Shown here in pieces: positions 1-9,660 of a stretch of DNA of 64,000 nt. How positions within the stretch are numbered: position 1 is the first letter of the stretch; each line of letters opens with the position of its first letter. A model generated the notes under the pieces. The model ran no database searches. It saw only the letters and a list, made by a program, of their open reading frames with translations, and had not been told where the DNA came from. The stretch is taken from the NCBI GenBank assembly GCA_030688605.1, contig JAUYJB010000051.1, positions 304 to 64,303 of the forward strand, read 5' to 3'. Made by a program: the position numbers and the translations under genes. This DNA comes from Hyphomicrobiales bacterium (lineage in GTDB: Bacteria; Pseudomonadota; Alphaproteobacteria; Rhizobiales; NORP267).

Positions 1-184
1 AAAGATCGAGGCCGTTGTCGGCGGCGGCCTCCTGGTACCAGTTCGATAGGCAGTTGCGGCAAAAGCCGGAGAGTGTCATCAGGTCGATATTCTGCACATC
101 GGTCCGCTCGCGCAGGTGCTTGACCAGGCGGCGGAACACGGCCGCCTCCAGCTCGGTTCGGGTCTTGTCGTCGAATTGACTCAT
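1..184 (-). CDS. DUF1244 domain-containing protein (5' part only; gene runs off the left edge)
   Basis: Minus-strand ATG at 184-182 opens MSQFDDKTRTELEAAVFRRLVKHLRERTDVQNIDLMTLSGFCRNCLSNWYQEAAADNGLDL... I recognise this as the conserved DUF1244 family. It is absent from the ORF track because it is truncated by the window edge. Confidence 0.7.
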   Translation of the reverse strand, partial: MSQFDDKTRTELEAAVFRRLVKHLRERTDVQNIDLMTLSGFCRNCLSNWYQEAAADNGLDL

Positions 185-228
185 CACGCTCCTCGTCTCG
201 TTCGTCGTGTCCGTTCGTCGGCCGGCCA

Positions 229-1047
229 TCACTGAGTTTGAGAGCCGAAATCGCGGATCTCGCGCAAATCCGGCGAGAGCGCCAACCGCGACAGAATCGG
301 CGCCAAGCGCCCGGCCCAGTCCGTGACGCCTTCGGGCGCGGCGATCAGGTCCTGGCGCAACTCGATCAGCGCGTGGGCGAGGCCGCGCCCGGTCCCATGG
401 CGGTAGAGCGTATCGCCCCTGAGCCGGCCGGTATAGGGCTCATTGTCGCCGACGACGATATCGCCGTCGGCCCGTAGTGCCTCGATCAGCGGCGCGGCAA
501 GGCGCGGGTCGCGGTCCCAGAGGATTCCCACATGCCAGGGCCTCGGGAAGCCGCGCCAATTGGCGGTGAAGCTGTGAATCGAGACGATCGCCGGCACGAT
601 GTCGCGGGAAAGGGCGCGGTCGATCGCGCGCCCGATGGCGTCGTGATAGGGCCGGTAGTAGCGCGAGATCCGGTTCGCCCGCTCGCTGTCATCGATAAGG
701 GCATTGCCCGGCACCACCACCCCGTCGGACAGGCGCACGATCAGCGTCGGGTCGTCCTCGCCGCGATTGGGATCGATCAGAAGCCGCGAAAAAGAGGCGA
801 GCACGGCCGGCACGCCGAGGCGTCGGGCCAGCGTCCGGGCGAGCGCCCCGGCGCCGATGTCATAGGCGATGTGGCGCCCGAACGCCTCATCCGGCAACCC
901 GAGCCGGCCATATTGTTCGGGCAGCGCGTTTTCCGCATGGTCGCAGATCAGGATGAGCCCGGTCGAAAGATCGCCCGCGATCTCCTCCACCGGCTCGAAG
1001 CGGGCGGCAAGCGCCGTGTCGCGTGATTGCGCGTTCCTGTCCGCCAT
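229..1047 (-). CDS. N-formylglutamate amidohydrolase (FGase) family protein
   Basis: 272-aa ORF. LILICDHAENALP, HIAYDIGA and LIDPNRGEDDP segments are typical of the FGase family. The overlapping plus-strand ORFs look like high-GC shadows. Confidence 0.8.
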   Translation of the reverse strand: MADRNAQSRDTALAARFEPVEEIAGDLSTGLILICDHAENALPEQYGRLGLPDEAFGRHIAYDIGAGALARTLARRLGVPAVLASFSRLLIDPNRGEDDPTLIVRLSDGVVVPGNALIDDSERANRISRYYRPYHDAIGRAIDRALSRDIVPAIVSIHSFTANWRGFPRPWHVGILWDRDPRLAAPLIEALRADGDIVVGDNEPYTGRLRGDTLYRHGTGRGLAHALIELRQDLIAAPEGVTDWAGRLAPILSRLALSPDLREIRDFGSQTQ

Positions 1048-1165
1048 TCCGTGAGATACCGTGAGCCAAGCAACCGACTTTGAGACCGGCCCCGTGCATT
1101 GCGCCTTTGCGCGCGCCGGTCAAGGGGCATATGGCGCTTGTCGCGCGAAGAGGGAAGGGGCGTGA

Positions 1166-2455
1166 ATGGGAGCCGAGGCGAAGGCCCTGCTGCTGGAGCT
1201 GTTCGGGGCGGCGGTCGCCGCGGTGCGGCCGGAGGTGTGCCTGGCCGCCCACCTGCCGCCGCCGCCGCAAGGCCGGCTGATCGTGCTTGCGGCCGGCAAG
1301 GCGGCCGCATCGATGGCCACGGCGGCCCTGCGCCACTACCGCGACGCGTACGGTCTTAACGCGGCCAAGCTGAACGGCTTGGTGGTGACGCGGCCCGGCT
1401 ACGGCCTTGACACCGCGCCGCTGCCGCTGATCGAGGCCGGCCACCCGGTGCCCGACGCCGCGAGCCTTGAGGCGAGCGAGATGTGCCTGGCGCTTGCCCG
1501 CGCAGCCCGGCCCGGCGATCTGGTGCTGGTGCTTCTGTCGGGCGGCGGCTCGGCGCTGTGGACGGCCCCGCTTGAGCCGCTCGACCTTTCCGGCAAACAG
1601 GCGGTGACGCGCCAACTGCTGCGCTCGGGAGCCACCATCTCCGAGCTCAATTGCGTGCGCAAGCACTTGTCGAGCATCAAGGGCGGAAGGCTCGCCCGCG
1701 CCGTTTACCCGGCGCCGCTCCTGACGCTCGCCATCTCCGACGTTGCCGGCGACGACCCGTCGGTGATCGCCTCCGGCCCGACGGTGCCCGACCCGACAAG
1801 CCTTAAGGACGCGCTCGCCATCTGCCGCCGCCATCATGTCGAGCTTCCGGCGGAAGCCGAGGCGGTGCTTGCCGACCCGAAAAACGAAAGCGCCAAACCC
1901 GGCGAGCCGTGCTTTGCGGCGGCCCGCTATAGCCTCGTGGCGACGCCCGCCATGGCGCTGGCGGCGGCCGGCAGGATCGCCCGCGAAAGGGGTTATGAGG
2001 TGGTCGAGCTCGGCGCGGCGCTGGAGGGCGAGGCGCGCGACCTTGCCCGCGACCATGCCGCCCGCGCGCTTGCCGCGCGCCGGACCGGCCGGCCGACATT
2101 GCTCATCTCCGGCGGCGAGGTCACGGTGACACTCAAGGGCGAGGGCCGGGGCGGGCCGAACCAGGAATTTGCCCTGGCGCTCGCCATCGCGCTTCATGGT
2201 GCCGATGGCATCTCGGGCATCGCCTGCGACACCGACGGTACCGACGGCGGCTCGGGGGCCGCCACCGATCCTGCCGGCGCCGTGATTACGCCCGACACCT
2301 TGTCCCGCGCAACCGCCCTCGGTCTCGACCCCGCGGCCCATCTCGCCGAAAACGATTCCGGCTCGTTCTTCGCCGGCCTAAGCGACCTCGTCGTTCCCGG
2401 CCCGACCTTTACCAACGTCAACGATTTCCGCGCGATTTTGGTCAGCGGGAGATGA
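1166..2455 (+). CDS. glycerate 2-kinase / hydroxypyruvate reductase-like protein (DUF4147 + MOFRL domains)
   Basis: 429-aa ORF. The N-terminal LxAGKAAxxMA and the C-terminal GGEVTVTLKGEGRGGPNQEFALA...DTDGTDG are characteristic of the MOFRL-type glycerate kinase family. Confidence 0.8.
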   Translation: MGAEAKALLLELFGAAVAAVRPEVCLAAHLPPPPQGRLIVLAAGKAAASMATAALRHYRDAYGLNAAKLNGLVVTRPGYGLDTAPLPLIEAGHPVPDAASLEASEMCLALARAARPGDLVLVLLSGGGSALWTAPLEPLDLSGKQAVTRQLLRSGATISELNCVRKHLSSIKGGRLARAVYPAPLLTLAISDVAGDDPSVIASGPTVPDPTSLKDALAICRRHHVELPAEAEAVLADPKNESAKPGEPCFAAARYSLVATPAMALAAAGRIARERGYEVVELGAALEGEARDLARDHAARALAARRTGRPTLLISGGEVTVTLKGEGRGGPNQEFALALAIALHGADGISGIACDTDGTDGGSGAATDPAGAVITPDTLSRATALGLDPAAHLAENDSGSFFAGLSDLVVPGPTFTNVNDFRAILVSGR

Positions 2456-2755
2456 GGGGGGCAAGTACCGCCCCTCAGGCCATCGCTCCCCGGTCCGCGC
2501 GGCAAAGGAGACGCCGCGCAGGCTCGCCCCTTGACCGCCAGGCACATCTTGCGGATAAGGGACGGGCCGATTCTTCGCTTCGGGTGGGAAGATTGGTCGC
2601 ATTGGAGGCGGGCTTCCGAAATGTTAACAAACGCCGGGGCAGTATGGTAACCGGACGGTTAAGAAAGCGGACCGTAGCCTCGTTTCAGCCATATTGATCT
2701 GCGAGAGTGGATATAGCCTTTGGAACGAGCAGTTCTCCATCAAAGTGGCGTGCGT

Positions 2756-3208
2756 ATGGGACCGAGGGGGGCATTCTTCAATCATATCGGAGCCGCAATA
2801 TGCGGCGTGGGTCTTCTTATCGCCGTTCCGGACGAAGCCGCGGCGGACTTCAGGCTGTGCAACAAGTCCGCCAGCAATATCGGCGTCGCCATCGGCTATA
2901 AGGACAGGACCGGCTGGAAGACGGAAGGCTGGTGGAACCTTCCCCCGCGCGCCTGCGAGGTGCTGCTAGGCGGGAACCTGGTATCGCGCTATTATTATAT
3001 TTATGCCGTCGATTACGACCTCGGCGGCGAATGGCGCGGCGAGGCCTTCATGTGCACCCAGGACCGTGAATTCACCATCCGCGGCGTTGCCGATTGCGAA
3101 AAGCGCGGCTTGCAGCCGACCGGCTTCTTCGAGATCGACACCGGCGACGCCGAGACCTGGACCGTTCAACTGACAGAACCCAGCGATCGAGGAACCGGCG
3201 GTCGATGA
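2756..3208 (+). CDS. DUF1036 domain-containing protein (secreted/periplasmic)
   Basis: FRLCNKSASNIGVAIGY...GWKTEGWWNL...YYYIYA matches the DUF1036 family, and a signal-like N-terminus is present. The start is uncertain (TTG 2720, GTG 2750 or ATG 2756). The stop overlaps the pyk start (ATGA at 3205-3208). Confidence 0.75.
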   Translation: MGPRGAFFNHIGAAICGVGLLIAVPDEAAADFRLCNKSASNIGVAIGYKDRTGWKTEGWWNLPPRACEVLLGGNLVSRYYYIYAVDYDLGGEWRGEAFMCTQDREFTIRGVADCEKRGLQPTGFFEIDTGDAETWTVQLTEPSDRGTGGR

Positions 3209-4647
3209 AGCGCGACCGCCGGACCAAGATCGTCGCCACGATCGGTCCGGCATCATCGTCACCCGACATGATCGGGCGCCTGTTCAAGGCCGGCACCGAC
3301 GTTTTCCGCATCAATATGAGCCATACCGGCCATGACGCCTTGCGCGAGCTGGTGGCCGCAATTCGCGCCGTGGAGACCAGCTTCGAGCGGCCGATCGGCA
3401 TCCTCGTCGATCTGCAGGGGCCGAAGCTGAGGATCGGCACCTTCGCCGGCAGCGAGGTGACCCTCGAACAGGGAGCGAGCTTCACGCTCGATTCGGACAA
3501 GGCGCCCGGCGATGCGCGCCGCGTCCATTTGCCGCATCCGGAGATCTTCCGCAGCGTCGAGCCCGGACACGCGCTTCTCGTCGACGACGGTAAGATCCGC
3601 CTGCGGGTCAAGCGCGCCACCAAGACGAAGATAGAGGCCGACATCGAGGTCGGCGGCCCCCTGTCGGCGCGTAAGGGGGTCAATCTGCCGGACACGGTGC
3701 TGCCGCTCACCGCGATGACGCGCAAGGACCACAGCGATCTCGAGTATGCGCTGGACCAGAGCGTCGACTGGATCGCGCTGTCCTTCATTCAGCGGCCGGA
3801 GGACGTGGCCGAGGGCCGCAAGATCGCCCGCGGGCGCGCCTCGATCATGGCCAAGATCGAAAAGCCGGCCGCCATCGACCATCTCGATGAAATCATCGAG
3901 GCATCGGACGGTCTGATGGTGGCGCGCGGCGACCTCGGCGTCGAGATGCCGCTGGAAAAGGTTCCGGGCCTGCAGAAGCGGATGATCGGGGCGTGCCGCC
4001 GCGCCGGCAAGCCGGTGGTCGTGGCGACGCAAATGCTGGAATCGATGATCCACGCGCCGGTGCCGACCCGCGCCGAGGTCTCCGACGTCGCCACCGCCGT
4101 GTTCGAGGGCGCCGACGCGGTGATGCTGTCGGCGGAATCCGCCGTCGGCGAGTTTCCCGCAGACGCGATCGCCACCATGAGCCGCATCGCCGAGGAGGTC
4201 GAGCGCGACCCCAACTACCGGCTGTTCATAAACGCCCAGCGCCCCGAGCCGCAGGCGACCGGCGCCGACGCCATCTCCGCCGCGCTGCGCCAGGTTGCCG
4301 AGACGCTGAATCTGGCTGCCATCGTCTGCTACACCTCTTCCGGCGCCACGGGGTTGCGCGCCGCGCGCGAGCGCCCGCAGCCGCCGCTCATCGCGCTGAC
4401 CCCGCGGCCCGAGACCGGCCGCAGGCTCGCCGTCGTTTGGGGGCTGCATTGCGTGTTGACGGAGGATGCCAAGGACCAGGACGACATGGTCGACCGCGCC
4501 TGCCGGCTGGCCTTTCGCGACGGCTTCGCCAAGCCGGGCGAGCGCATCATCATCTCCGCCGGCGTGCCGTTCGGAACGCCCGGGACGACAAATATGATCC
4601 GCCTCGCCTTCGTCGGCGCGGACGGCGCGGCGAGCCATTCTTCGTAA
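3205..4647 (+). CDS. pyk: pyruvate kinase
   Basis: MKRDRRTKIVATIGPASSSPDMI...FRINMSHTGH...MVARGDLGVEMP is canonical pyruvate kinase. The ATG at 3205 is preferred over the track start at 3094, whose extension is Arg-rich junk. Confidence 0.95.
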   Translation: MKRDRRTKIVATIGPASSSPDMIGRLFKAGTDVFRINMSHTGHDALRELVAAIRAVETSFERPIGILVDLQGPKLRIGTFAGSEVTLEQGASFTLDSDKAPGDARRVHLPHPEIFRSVEPGHALLVDDGKIRLRVKRATKTKIEADIEVGGPLSARKGVNLPDTVLPLTAMTRKDHSDLEYALDQSVDWIALSFIQRPEDVAEGRKIARGRASIMAKIEKPAAIDHLDEIIEASDGLMVARGDLGVEMPLEKVPGLQKRMIGACRRAGKPVVVATQMLESMIHAPVPTRAEVSDVATAVFEGADAVMLSAESAVGEFPADAIATMSRIAEEVERDPNYRLFINAQRPEPQATGADAISAALRQVAETLNLAAIVCYTSSGATGLRAARERPQPPLIALTPRPETGRRLAVVWGLHCVLTEDAKDQDDMVDRACRLAFRDGFAKPGERIIISAGVPFGTPGTTNMIRLAFVGADGAASHSS

Positions 4648-4768
4648 CGTGCGATCCGGTTCTCTGCCGCTCCGCCTCGATGGGCAAATGCGCTAGGCTA
4701 AGCCGGGTGAGGCGTTGGAGCCGTCGGCACGGATGGTGTTGCGGCCGGTCAAAGCCGGTCGGTTCGGC

Positions 4769-5377
4769 TCAGATTCCGCGGCCTTCGAGCTCCTCGGAGA
4801 GCTTTTTCTCGGCCTTGCGCACCACCGACAGATAGGGGTGAACGGCAAGCGCCCGGCGGAACGCCTTCAGCGCGCGTTCGTGGTGGCCGAGTTCCTCCAG
4901 GATCAGTCCGAGCCCTGCCAACGCACCAAAGTGGCGCGGCTCCAGGCTCAAGGTCCGCTCCACGTCGTGCAGGGAGCTTGCATAATCGTGCAAGTAAAAG
5001 AACACCGTCGCCCGCTTGTTCCAACCCTCCGCATAGCCAGGCCTGATCGTGACGACGTGGTTCAAAAGCTCGAGCGCGAGCGAATAGTCGTCCGCCTTCA
5101 TCGCCGCAATCACCCGGCTCATCAACAGATCGACCGTGTCGCTGCCCGAGTGCAGCCATAGCTGCCAGACGGCCTCCTCGATCACCGAGGCGGCCTTCTC
5201 GTCGGTGGCTGCCTTGAGCTGCTTGAGCAGCGCGTCGAGGGCGATCTCCCTGTCGTCGGCGGGTGCGGTCTGCTTGGCCGAGTCGGGTTGCTCCTCCGGC
5301 TCCGCGGCACGCGCCGCGGATGGGGCCGTCAGCAACAGCGCAAAGCAAAGTGCACAGATTCGTCTCATGCCGGTCAT
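4769..5377 (-). CDS. tetratricopeptide-repeat protein with signal peptide
   Basis: Signal-like MTGMRRICALCFALLLTAPSAARA followed by TPR-like helices (AEGWNKRATVFFYLHDYASSLHDVERTLSLEPRHFGALAGLGLILEELG). The start is 5377 or 5368. Confidence 0.7.
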   Translation of the reverse strand: MTGMRRICALCFALLLTAPSAARAAEPEEQPDSAKQTAPADDREIALDALLKQLKAATDEKAASVIEEAVWQLWLHSGSDTVDLLMSRVIAAMKADDYSLALELLNHVVTIRPGYAEGWNKRATVFFYLHDYASSLHDVERTLSLEPRHFGALAGLGLILEELGHHERALKAFRRALAVHPYLSVVRKAEKKLSEELEGRGI

Positions 5378-5461
5378 TGTGAAAAAGCCCGCCGGAGCGG
5401 TCAAATAAATTATCCGGGATAAGCGATGACGCGGGACAGCCGGCATGCGGCCGCCCGGAGA

Positions 5462-5587
5462 TCAGCCCTGGCGCGCCTTGAAGCGGCGATTGGTTTTGTT
5501 GATCACATAGACCCGGCCGCGGCGGCGCACGACGCGATTGCCGCGATGCCGGGCGCGCAGGGAACGTAGGGAATTTCTTATTTTCAT
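5462..5587 (-). CDS. rpmJ: 50S ribosomal protein L36 (Cys-less form)
   Basis: The internal ATG at 5587 gives the 41-aa [41 protein letters not shown], which has the L36 length and sequence. The upstream part of the track ORF is unlikely to be coding. Confidence 0.9.
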   Translation of the reverse strand: MKIRNSLRSLRARHRGNRVVRRRGRVYVINKTNRRFKARQG

Positions 5588-5759
5588 CGCTCTATCCTCG
5601 CCGGCCATGCCGCGCAATGCGGCCACGACCCGAGCCGGCGCGGACCTTATTGAGCCCATACCGCCCTGTCAACCCAAAGCGGTTCCCGCTCATGCGGAAC
5701 CATTTGACCGCGAACCACTCCAGCCGCCGGAGGGGCTTGCCAACGCCGCGCTGTCGGGA

Positions 5760-5785
5760 CTATCCTATCCAGGGGGATAGGATAG
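5760..5785. promoter_or_regulatory. operator-like perfect inverted repeat with central G-tract, immediately upstream of dmeR
   Basis: CTATCCTATCC (5760-5770) / AGGG / GGATAGGATAG (5775-5785). The arms are a perfect 11-bp inverted repeat and end 5 nt before the ATG at 5791. The architecture (AT-containing arms flanking a G/C tract) resembles RcnR/DmeR-type operators. Confidence 0.55.
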
Positions 5786-5790
5786 GAAGA

Positions 5791-6045
5791 ATGTTGCACG
5801 CGAGCCACCCGAACATCATCAACCGCCTCAAGCGGGCCGAGGGGCATCTGCGCTCGGTAATCGAAATGTTCGCTCAGGGGCGCAGCTGCAACGATCTCGC
5901 GCAGCAGCTCCATGCCGTCGAGAGCGCCGTGTCGAGCGCCAAGCGGGAACTCATTCACGACCATATCGAGAATTGCCTCGACGATCCGCGCGCCAACGAC
6001 AAGGGCACGTTGAGAGAGCTGAAGGCGCTGGCGAAATATCTGTAA
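5791..6045 (+). CDS. dmeR: metal-sensing transcriptional repressor, CsoR/RcnR/FrmR (DUF156) family, DmeR-like
   Basis: 84-aa MLHASHPNIINRLKRAEGHLRSVIEMF...CNDLAQQLHAVESA...LIHDHIENC is typical of the RcnR/CsoR family. Its stop overlaps the start of the CDF gene (TAATG at 6043-6047). Confidence 0.8.
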   Translation: MLHASHPNIINRLKRAEGHLRSVIEMFAQGRSCNDLAQQLHAVESAVSSAKRELIHDHIENCLDDPRANDKGTLRELKALAKYL

Positions 6046-7031
6046 TGCGGTTCGTGCTCGGCAGAATGGGAGACTGGCTCGGCCTTTCGGGCGGCGGACA
6101 CGACCGCGCCCATCACCATGGTAGCGCCCACGGCGATCATAGTCACGCCCACGGCGTCGTCGACCCGTCGATCGCCGCCACCGAGCGCGGCATATGGGCC
6201 GTCAAATGGTCGTTCGTGCTGCTGGTCGCGACCGCGGCCCTGCAGGCCATCGTCGTCGTCGTCTCGGGGAGCATCGCGCTCCTGGCCGACACCATCCACA
6301 ATGTCGGCGATGCCGGCACGGCGATCCCGCTCTGGATCGCCTTCGTGCTGGCGCGGCGCAAGCCGAGCGCGCGGTTTCCCTACGGGCTTGGCCGGGTCGA
6401 GGACCTGGCCGGCGTCGCCATCGTCCTGATCATTCTCGCCAGCGCCCTCGTTGCCGGCTACGAGGCGATCGACCGGCTCGTCCACCCGCAGGTCATTCTC
6501 AACCTCGGCTGGGTCGCCGTGGCCGGCGTCATCGGCTTTCTCGGCAATGAGGCGGTTGCGGTCTTCCGCATCCGCGTCGGCCGCCAGATCGACAGTACGG
6601 CGCTGATCGCCGACGGCTATCACGCGCGCACCGACGGCCTGACCAGCCTCGCCGTGGTCCTCGGCGCGGCGGGCGTCTGGTTCGGCTATCCCCTCGCCGA
6701 CCCCGTCGTCGGCCTCGTCATCACCGCGGTCATCTTCGTCATCGTCTGGCAGTCGGCGAGAGCGGTCCTCACCCGCATGCTGGATGGCATCGACGCGGCG
6801 GTGCTCGACTTGCTTCGTCACTCGGCCGAAACCCAGCCGCGCGTCCGCTCGGTCGTCGGCGCCCGGGCGCGCTGGATCGGCCACCGGCTGCACGGCGAGC
6901 TGACGCTGAGGCTCGACGCCGCGGTGACGGCGCACGAGATCGCCGAGATCGGCGAGGCGATCCGCGCCCGTGCGCGCGGCCGTCTGCCGGCGCTGGAACG
7001 CCTGGTCATCGAGGCGGTGCCCGCCGAGTGA
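6045..7031 (+). CDS. dmeF: cation diffusion facilitator (CDF) family metal efflux transporter, DmeF-like
   Basis: His-rich N-terminus (HDRAHHHGSAHGDHSHAHG), then the CDF signature SGSIALLADTIHNVGDA and a C-terminal cytoplasmic domain. Pairing with an RcnR-like gene mirrors the rhizobial dmeRF Co/Ni efflux operon. Confidence 0.85.
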   Translation: MRFVLGRMGDWLGLSGGGHDRAHHHGSAHGDHSHAHGVVDPSIAATERGIWAVKWSFVLLVATAALQAIVVVVSGSIALLADTIHNVGDAGTAIPLWIAFVLARRKPSARFPYGLGRVEDLAGVAIVLIILASALVAGYEAIDRLVHPQVILNLGWVAVAGVIGFLGNEAVAVFRIRVGRQIDSTALIADGYHARTDGLTSLAVVLGAAGVWFGYPLADPVVGLVITAVIFVIVWQSARAVLTRMLDGIDAAVLDLLRHSAETQPRVRSVVGARARWIGHRLHGELTLRLDAAVTAHEIAEIGEAIRARARGRLPALERLVIEAVPAE

Positions 7032-7116
7032 GCTTGTTGCGGCCGCGGCCGGCCGCGAACTCCCGCATCGGCGTTGCGGTCATTTGCCGCCCGCCGGCCG
7101 CCGCCCCAAGATCTCC

Positions 7117-7132
7117 ATTTCAATCCTGAAAT
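7117..7132. promoter_or_regulatory. candidate upstream activator sequence: palindrome ATTTCA-N4-TGAAAT
   Basis: ATTTCAatccTGAAAT lies about 100 bp upstream of the sigma-54 promoter. Nearly the same 20-mer (CCATTTCAnnnnTGAAATCG) recurs at 12139-12158. A further TTTCA...TGAAA palindrome sits at 7154-7172. Confidence 0.5.
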
Positions 7133-7226
7133 CGTTTTTCAGTTCGGGGCGCTTTTCAATGCAATGTTGAAATGCGTTCCGGGTCAGCGGCGGCGAGATG
7201 CGCCGGTTTCCCGCCCCTTTGGCGCC

Positions 7227-7241
7227 TGGCATGCATGTTGC
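7227..7241 (+). promoter_or_regulatory. sigma-54 (-24/-12) promoter upstream of ubiX
   Basis: cTGGCATgcatgTTGCg has GG (7228-7229) and GC (7240-7241) separated by exactly 10 nt, close to the consensus TGGCAC-N5-TTGCW. A sigma-54 activator is encoded at the end of the same cluster. Confidence 0.65.
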
Positions 7242-7402
7242 GTTCCGGTGATGCGGCGCTGACTTCCACGAAAAACGGCTCGTTTCCGCCGCCGACCATT
7301 GGTTGCAAATGCCCCCGGGTGTCGGTATGGAAAGTGAAGATCATAAAGAGCCCGAGCCGCACGCGCGGTCATCGTCGCCATAAGAAATCGTTGGGAGGAC
7401 CA

Positions 7403-7999
7403 ATGAAGAAACTCGTGGTTGGTATGACCGGTTCGACCGGCGCCATTTTCGGCGTCCGCCTGTTGCAGGTTCTGGCCGATACCGATTGCGAGACCCATCT
7501 CATCATCTCCAAATGGGCGCAGCGGACCGTCGAGCACGAGACCTCCATGACCGTTGCCGACCTCAGGGCGCTCGCCACCGAGACCTACGGCATTGCCGAC
7601 ATGGGCGCCAAGGTCTCCTCGGGCTCGTTCCGCACCGACGGCATGGTCGTCGTGCCCTGCTCGATGCGCACGGTCGCAGCCATCGCCCACGGCAATGGCG
7701 ATCACCTGGTGCACCGCGCCGCGGACGTGATCCTGAAGGAGCGGCGCAAGCTGGTGCTCGTAGCCCGCGAGACGCCGCTCAACGATATCCACCTGGAAAA
7801 CCTGCTCAAGCTGTCGCGCATGGGCGTCACCATCCTGCCGCCCATGCCGGCCTTCTACAATCAGCCGAAATCGCTCGCGGACATGGTCGACCACATCGTC
7901 ATGCGCATCCTCGACCAATTCGACATGCCGCGGGACCTGATGAAGCGCTGGGACGGCAAGGTCCGCAGCCGCAGCCAGCGCGTCCGGCCGATCAAATGA
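7403..7999 (+). CDS. ubiX: UbiX family flavin prenyltransferase (prFMN synthase)
   Basis: MKKLVVGMTGSTGAIFGVRLLQVL...MVVVPCSMRTVAAIAHG...LVLVARETPL is canonical UbiX/Pad1. A GGGAGGA Shine-Dalgarno lies just upstream of the ATG at 7403. The track start at 7172 adds an implausible leader. Confidence 0.9.
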   Translation: MKKLVVGMTGSTGAIFGVRLLQVLADTDCETHLIISKWAQRTVEHETSMTVADLRALATETYGIADMGAKVSSGSFRTDGMVVVPCSMRTVAAIAHGNGDHLVHRAADVILKERRKLVLVARETPLNDIHLENLLKLSRMGVTILPPMPAFYNQPKSLADMVDHIVMRILDQFDMPRDLMKRWDGKVRSRSQRVRPIK

Positions 8000-8074
8000 T
8001 CCGGTCGGCGGACGAACGAAGAGCCAAAGCCATCTGAAACCGAGATCGTCACAGCAAGCCAGAGAGACCACCCC

Positions 8075-9649
8075 ATGAACATCAACGCACCGAAGAAAGT
8101 GGCTAAGTCCGGTGAGATTACCAGCCTGCGCTCCACCGTCGAGTGGCTGCGCGCCAACGGCGATCTCATCGAGACCTCCAAGGAGGTCAATCCCGATTTG
8201 GAGATCACCGGACTGCAGAAGCATTTCGACGGCGGCCCGCCGATGCTGTTCGAGAATGTGAAGGGCTATCCGCACGCGCGCGCGATCACCAACCTGTTCT
8301 CCGACATGAACGTGGTCAACCGCATGTTCGGCTTCGAGAGCCCGGCCGACCGGACCCGCAAGATCGCAGCCGCCTTCAAGAAGCCGCTGCCGACCGTCGA
8401 AGTCAGCCAGAACAAGGCACCGTGCCAGGAGCATGTGATCACCGACGATGTCGACGTCAACAAGTGGATCGTGGCGATCCGCCACACGGCGCTCGAGAGC
8501 GAATTGACCATCGGCTCCGGCATCCGCTGCGTGGTCGGCGACTATTTCGACGGCGGCGCCGATGTCGGCTACAACCGAATGAACTTCCGCTGGGGCAATG
8601 TCGGCACCTTCCAGATCTCCCCCGGCTCGCATATGTGGCAGGTTATCACCAAGCACTATCGCGACGAGGAGCCGATCCCGATTACCATGTGCTTCGGCGT
8701 GCCGCCGGCATGCACGCTGCTCGCCGGCGCCGCGTTCGACTATGTGATCCTGCCCAAGGGGGCCAACGAGCTGGCGGTCGCCGGCGCCATCCAGGGCGAG
8801 CCGGTGAAGCTGGTCAAGGCGCGCACGGTCGACGCCTGGGCGATCGCCGAGTCGGAATATGTGCTGGAAGGCTATATCCACCCGCGCGACAAGCGCTACG
8901 AGACGGCCGAGTCCGAGAAGGCCGGCGTACAGGGCCGTTTCCATTTCCATCCCGAATGGGCCGGCTATATGGGCAAGGCTTACAAGGCGCCGACCTTCCA
9001 CGTCACCGCGATCACCATGCGCAAGCCGAAATCCAAGCCGATCATCTTCCCGCTCGGCGTGCACACGGCCGACGACAACAATATCGATACCACGGTGCGC
9101 GAGGCGGCGATCTTCGAGCTGTGCGAGCGGCTGCAGCCGGGCATCGTCGTCGATGCGCACATCCCCTACTGCATGACCGACTGGGGCGGCTGCATCATCC
9201 AGGTGAAGAAGCGCAACAAGATCGAGGAGGGATGGCAGCGCAACTTCCTGTCCGCGATCCTGTCCTGCTCGCAGGGCATGCGGCTGGCCATCGCCGTCAG
9301 CGAGGATGTCGACATGTATTCCATGGACGACATCATGTGGTGCCTGACGACCCGCGTGAACCCGCGCGCCGACATCCTCAATCCGCTACCGGGCGGCATC
9401 GGCCAGACCTTCATGCCGTCCGAACGGCTGACCGCCGGCGACAAGCAATGGACCGCGTCCAACACCGAGTTCGAGGGCGGCATGGGCATCGACGCCACGG
9501 TGCCGTTCGGCTACGAGTCGGACTTCCACCGGCCCGTCTATCCGGTCGACAAGGTGGACCCGGCCGACTTCTTCTCGCCCGAGGACATCGCCAACGCCAA
9601 GAGCCGCATGCATGGCTGGATGTTGTCGCTGGCGCGGACCGGCCGCTAG
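8075..9649 (+). CDS. UbiD family (prFMN-dependent) decarboxylase, 524 aa; possible acyl-CoA decarboxylase
   Basis: The N-terminal LRSTVEWLRANGDLIETSKEVNPDLEITGLQKHFDGGPPMLFENVKGYPHARAITNLF is the typical UbiD N-terminal domain. The length and the neighbours (ubiX, two CoA-transferases) fit an accessory decarboxylase rather than the ubiquinone UbiD. Confidence 0.9.
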   Translation: MNINAPKKVAKSGEITSLRSTVEWLRANGDLIETSKEVNPDLEITGLQKHFDGGPPMLFENVKGYPHARAITNLFSDMNVVNRMFGFESPADRTRKIAAAFKKPLPTVEVSQNKAPCQEHVITDDVDVNKWIVAIRHTALESELTIGSGIRCVVGDYFDGGADVGYNRMNFRWGNVGTFQISPGSHMWQVITKHYRDEEPIPITMCFGVPPACTLLAGAAFDYVILPKGANELAVAGAIQGEPVKLVKARTVDAWAIAESEYVLEGYIHPRDKRYETAESEKAGVQGRFHFHPEWAGYMGKAYKAPTFHVTAITMRKPKSKPIIFPLGVHTADDNNIDTTVREAAIFELCERLQPGIVVDAHIPYCMTDWGGCIIQVKKRNKIEEGWQRNFLSAILSCSQGMRLAIAVSEDVDMYSMDDIMWCLTTRVNPRADILNPLPGGIGQTFMPSERLTAGDKQWTASNTEFEGGMGIDATVPFGYESDFHRPVYPVDKVDPADFFSPEDIANAKSRMHGWMLSLARTGR

Positions 9650-9660
9650 GACGGCGCAAA

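Noticed and set aside
887-4638. Long minus-strand ORFs (484 aa at 887-2341, 459 aa at 3259-4638) and similar ones at 7184-9160, 26777-28018 and 61104-62315
   Set aside because: Each lies antisense to a confidently identified gene (glycerate kinase, pyruvate kinase, ubiX/ubiD, caspase, IS5 transposase). All have the Arg/Gly-rich composition expected of non-coding frames in high-GC DNA.
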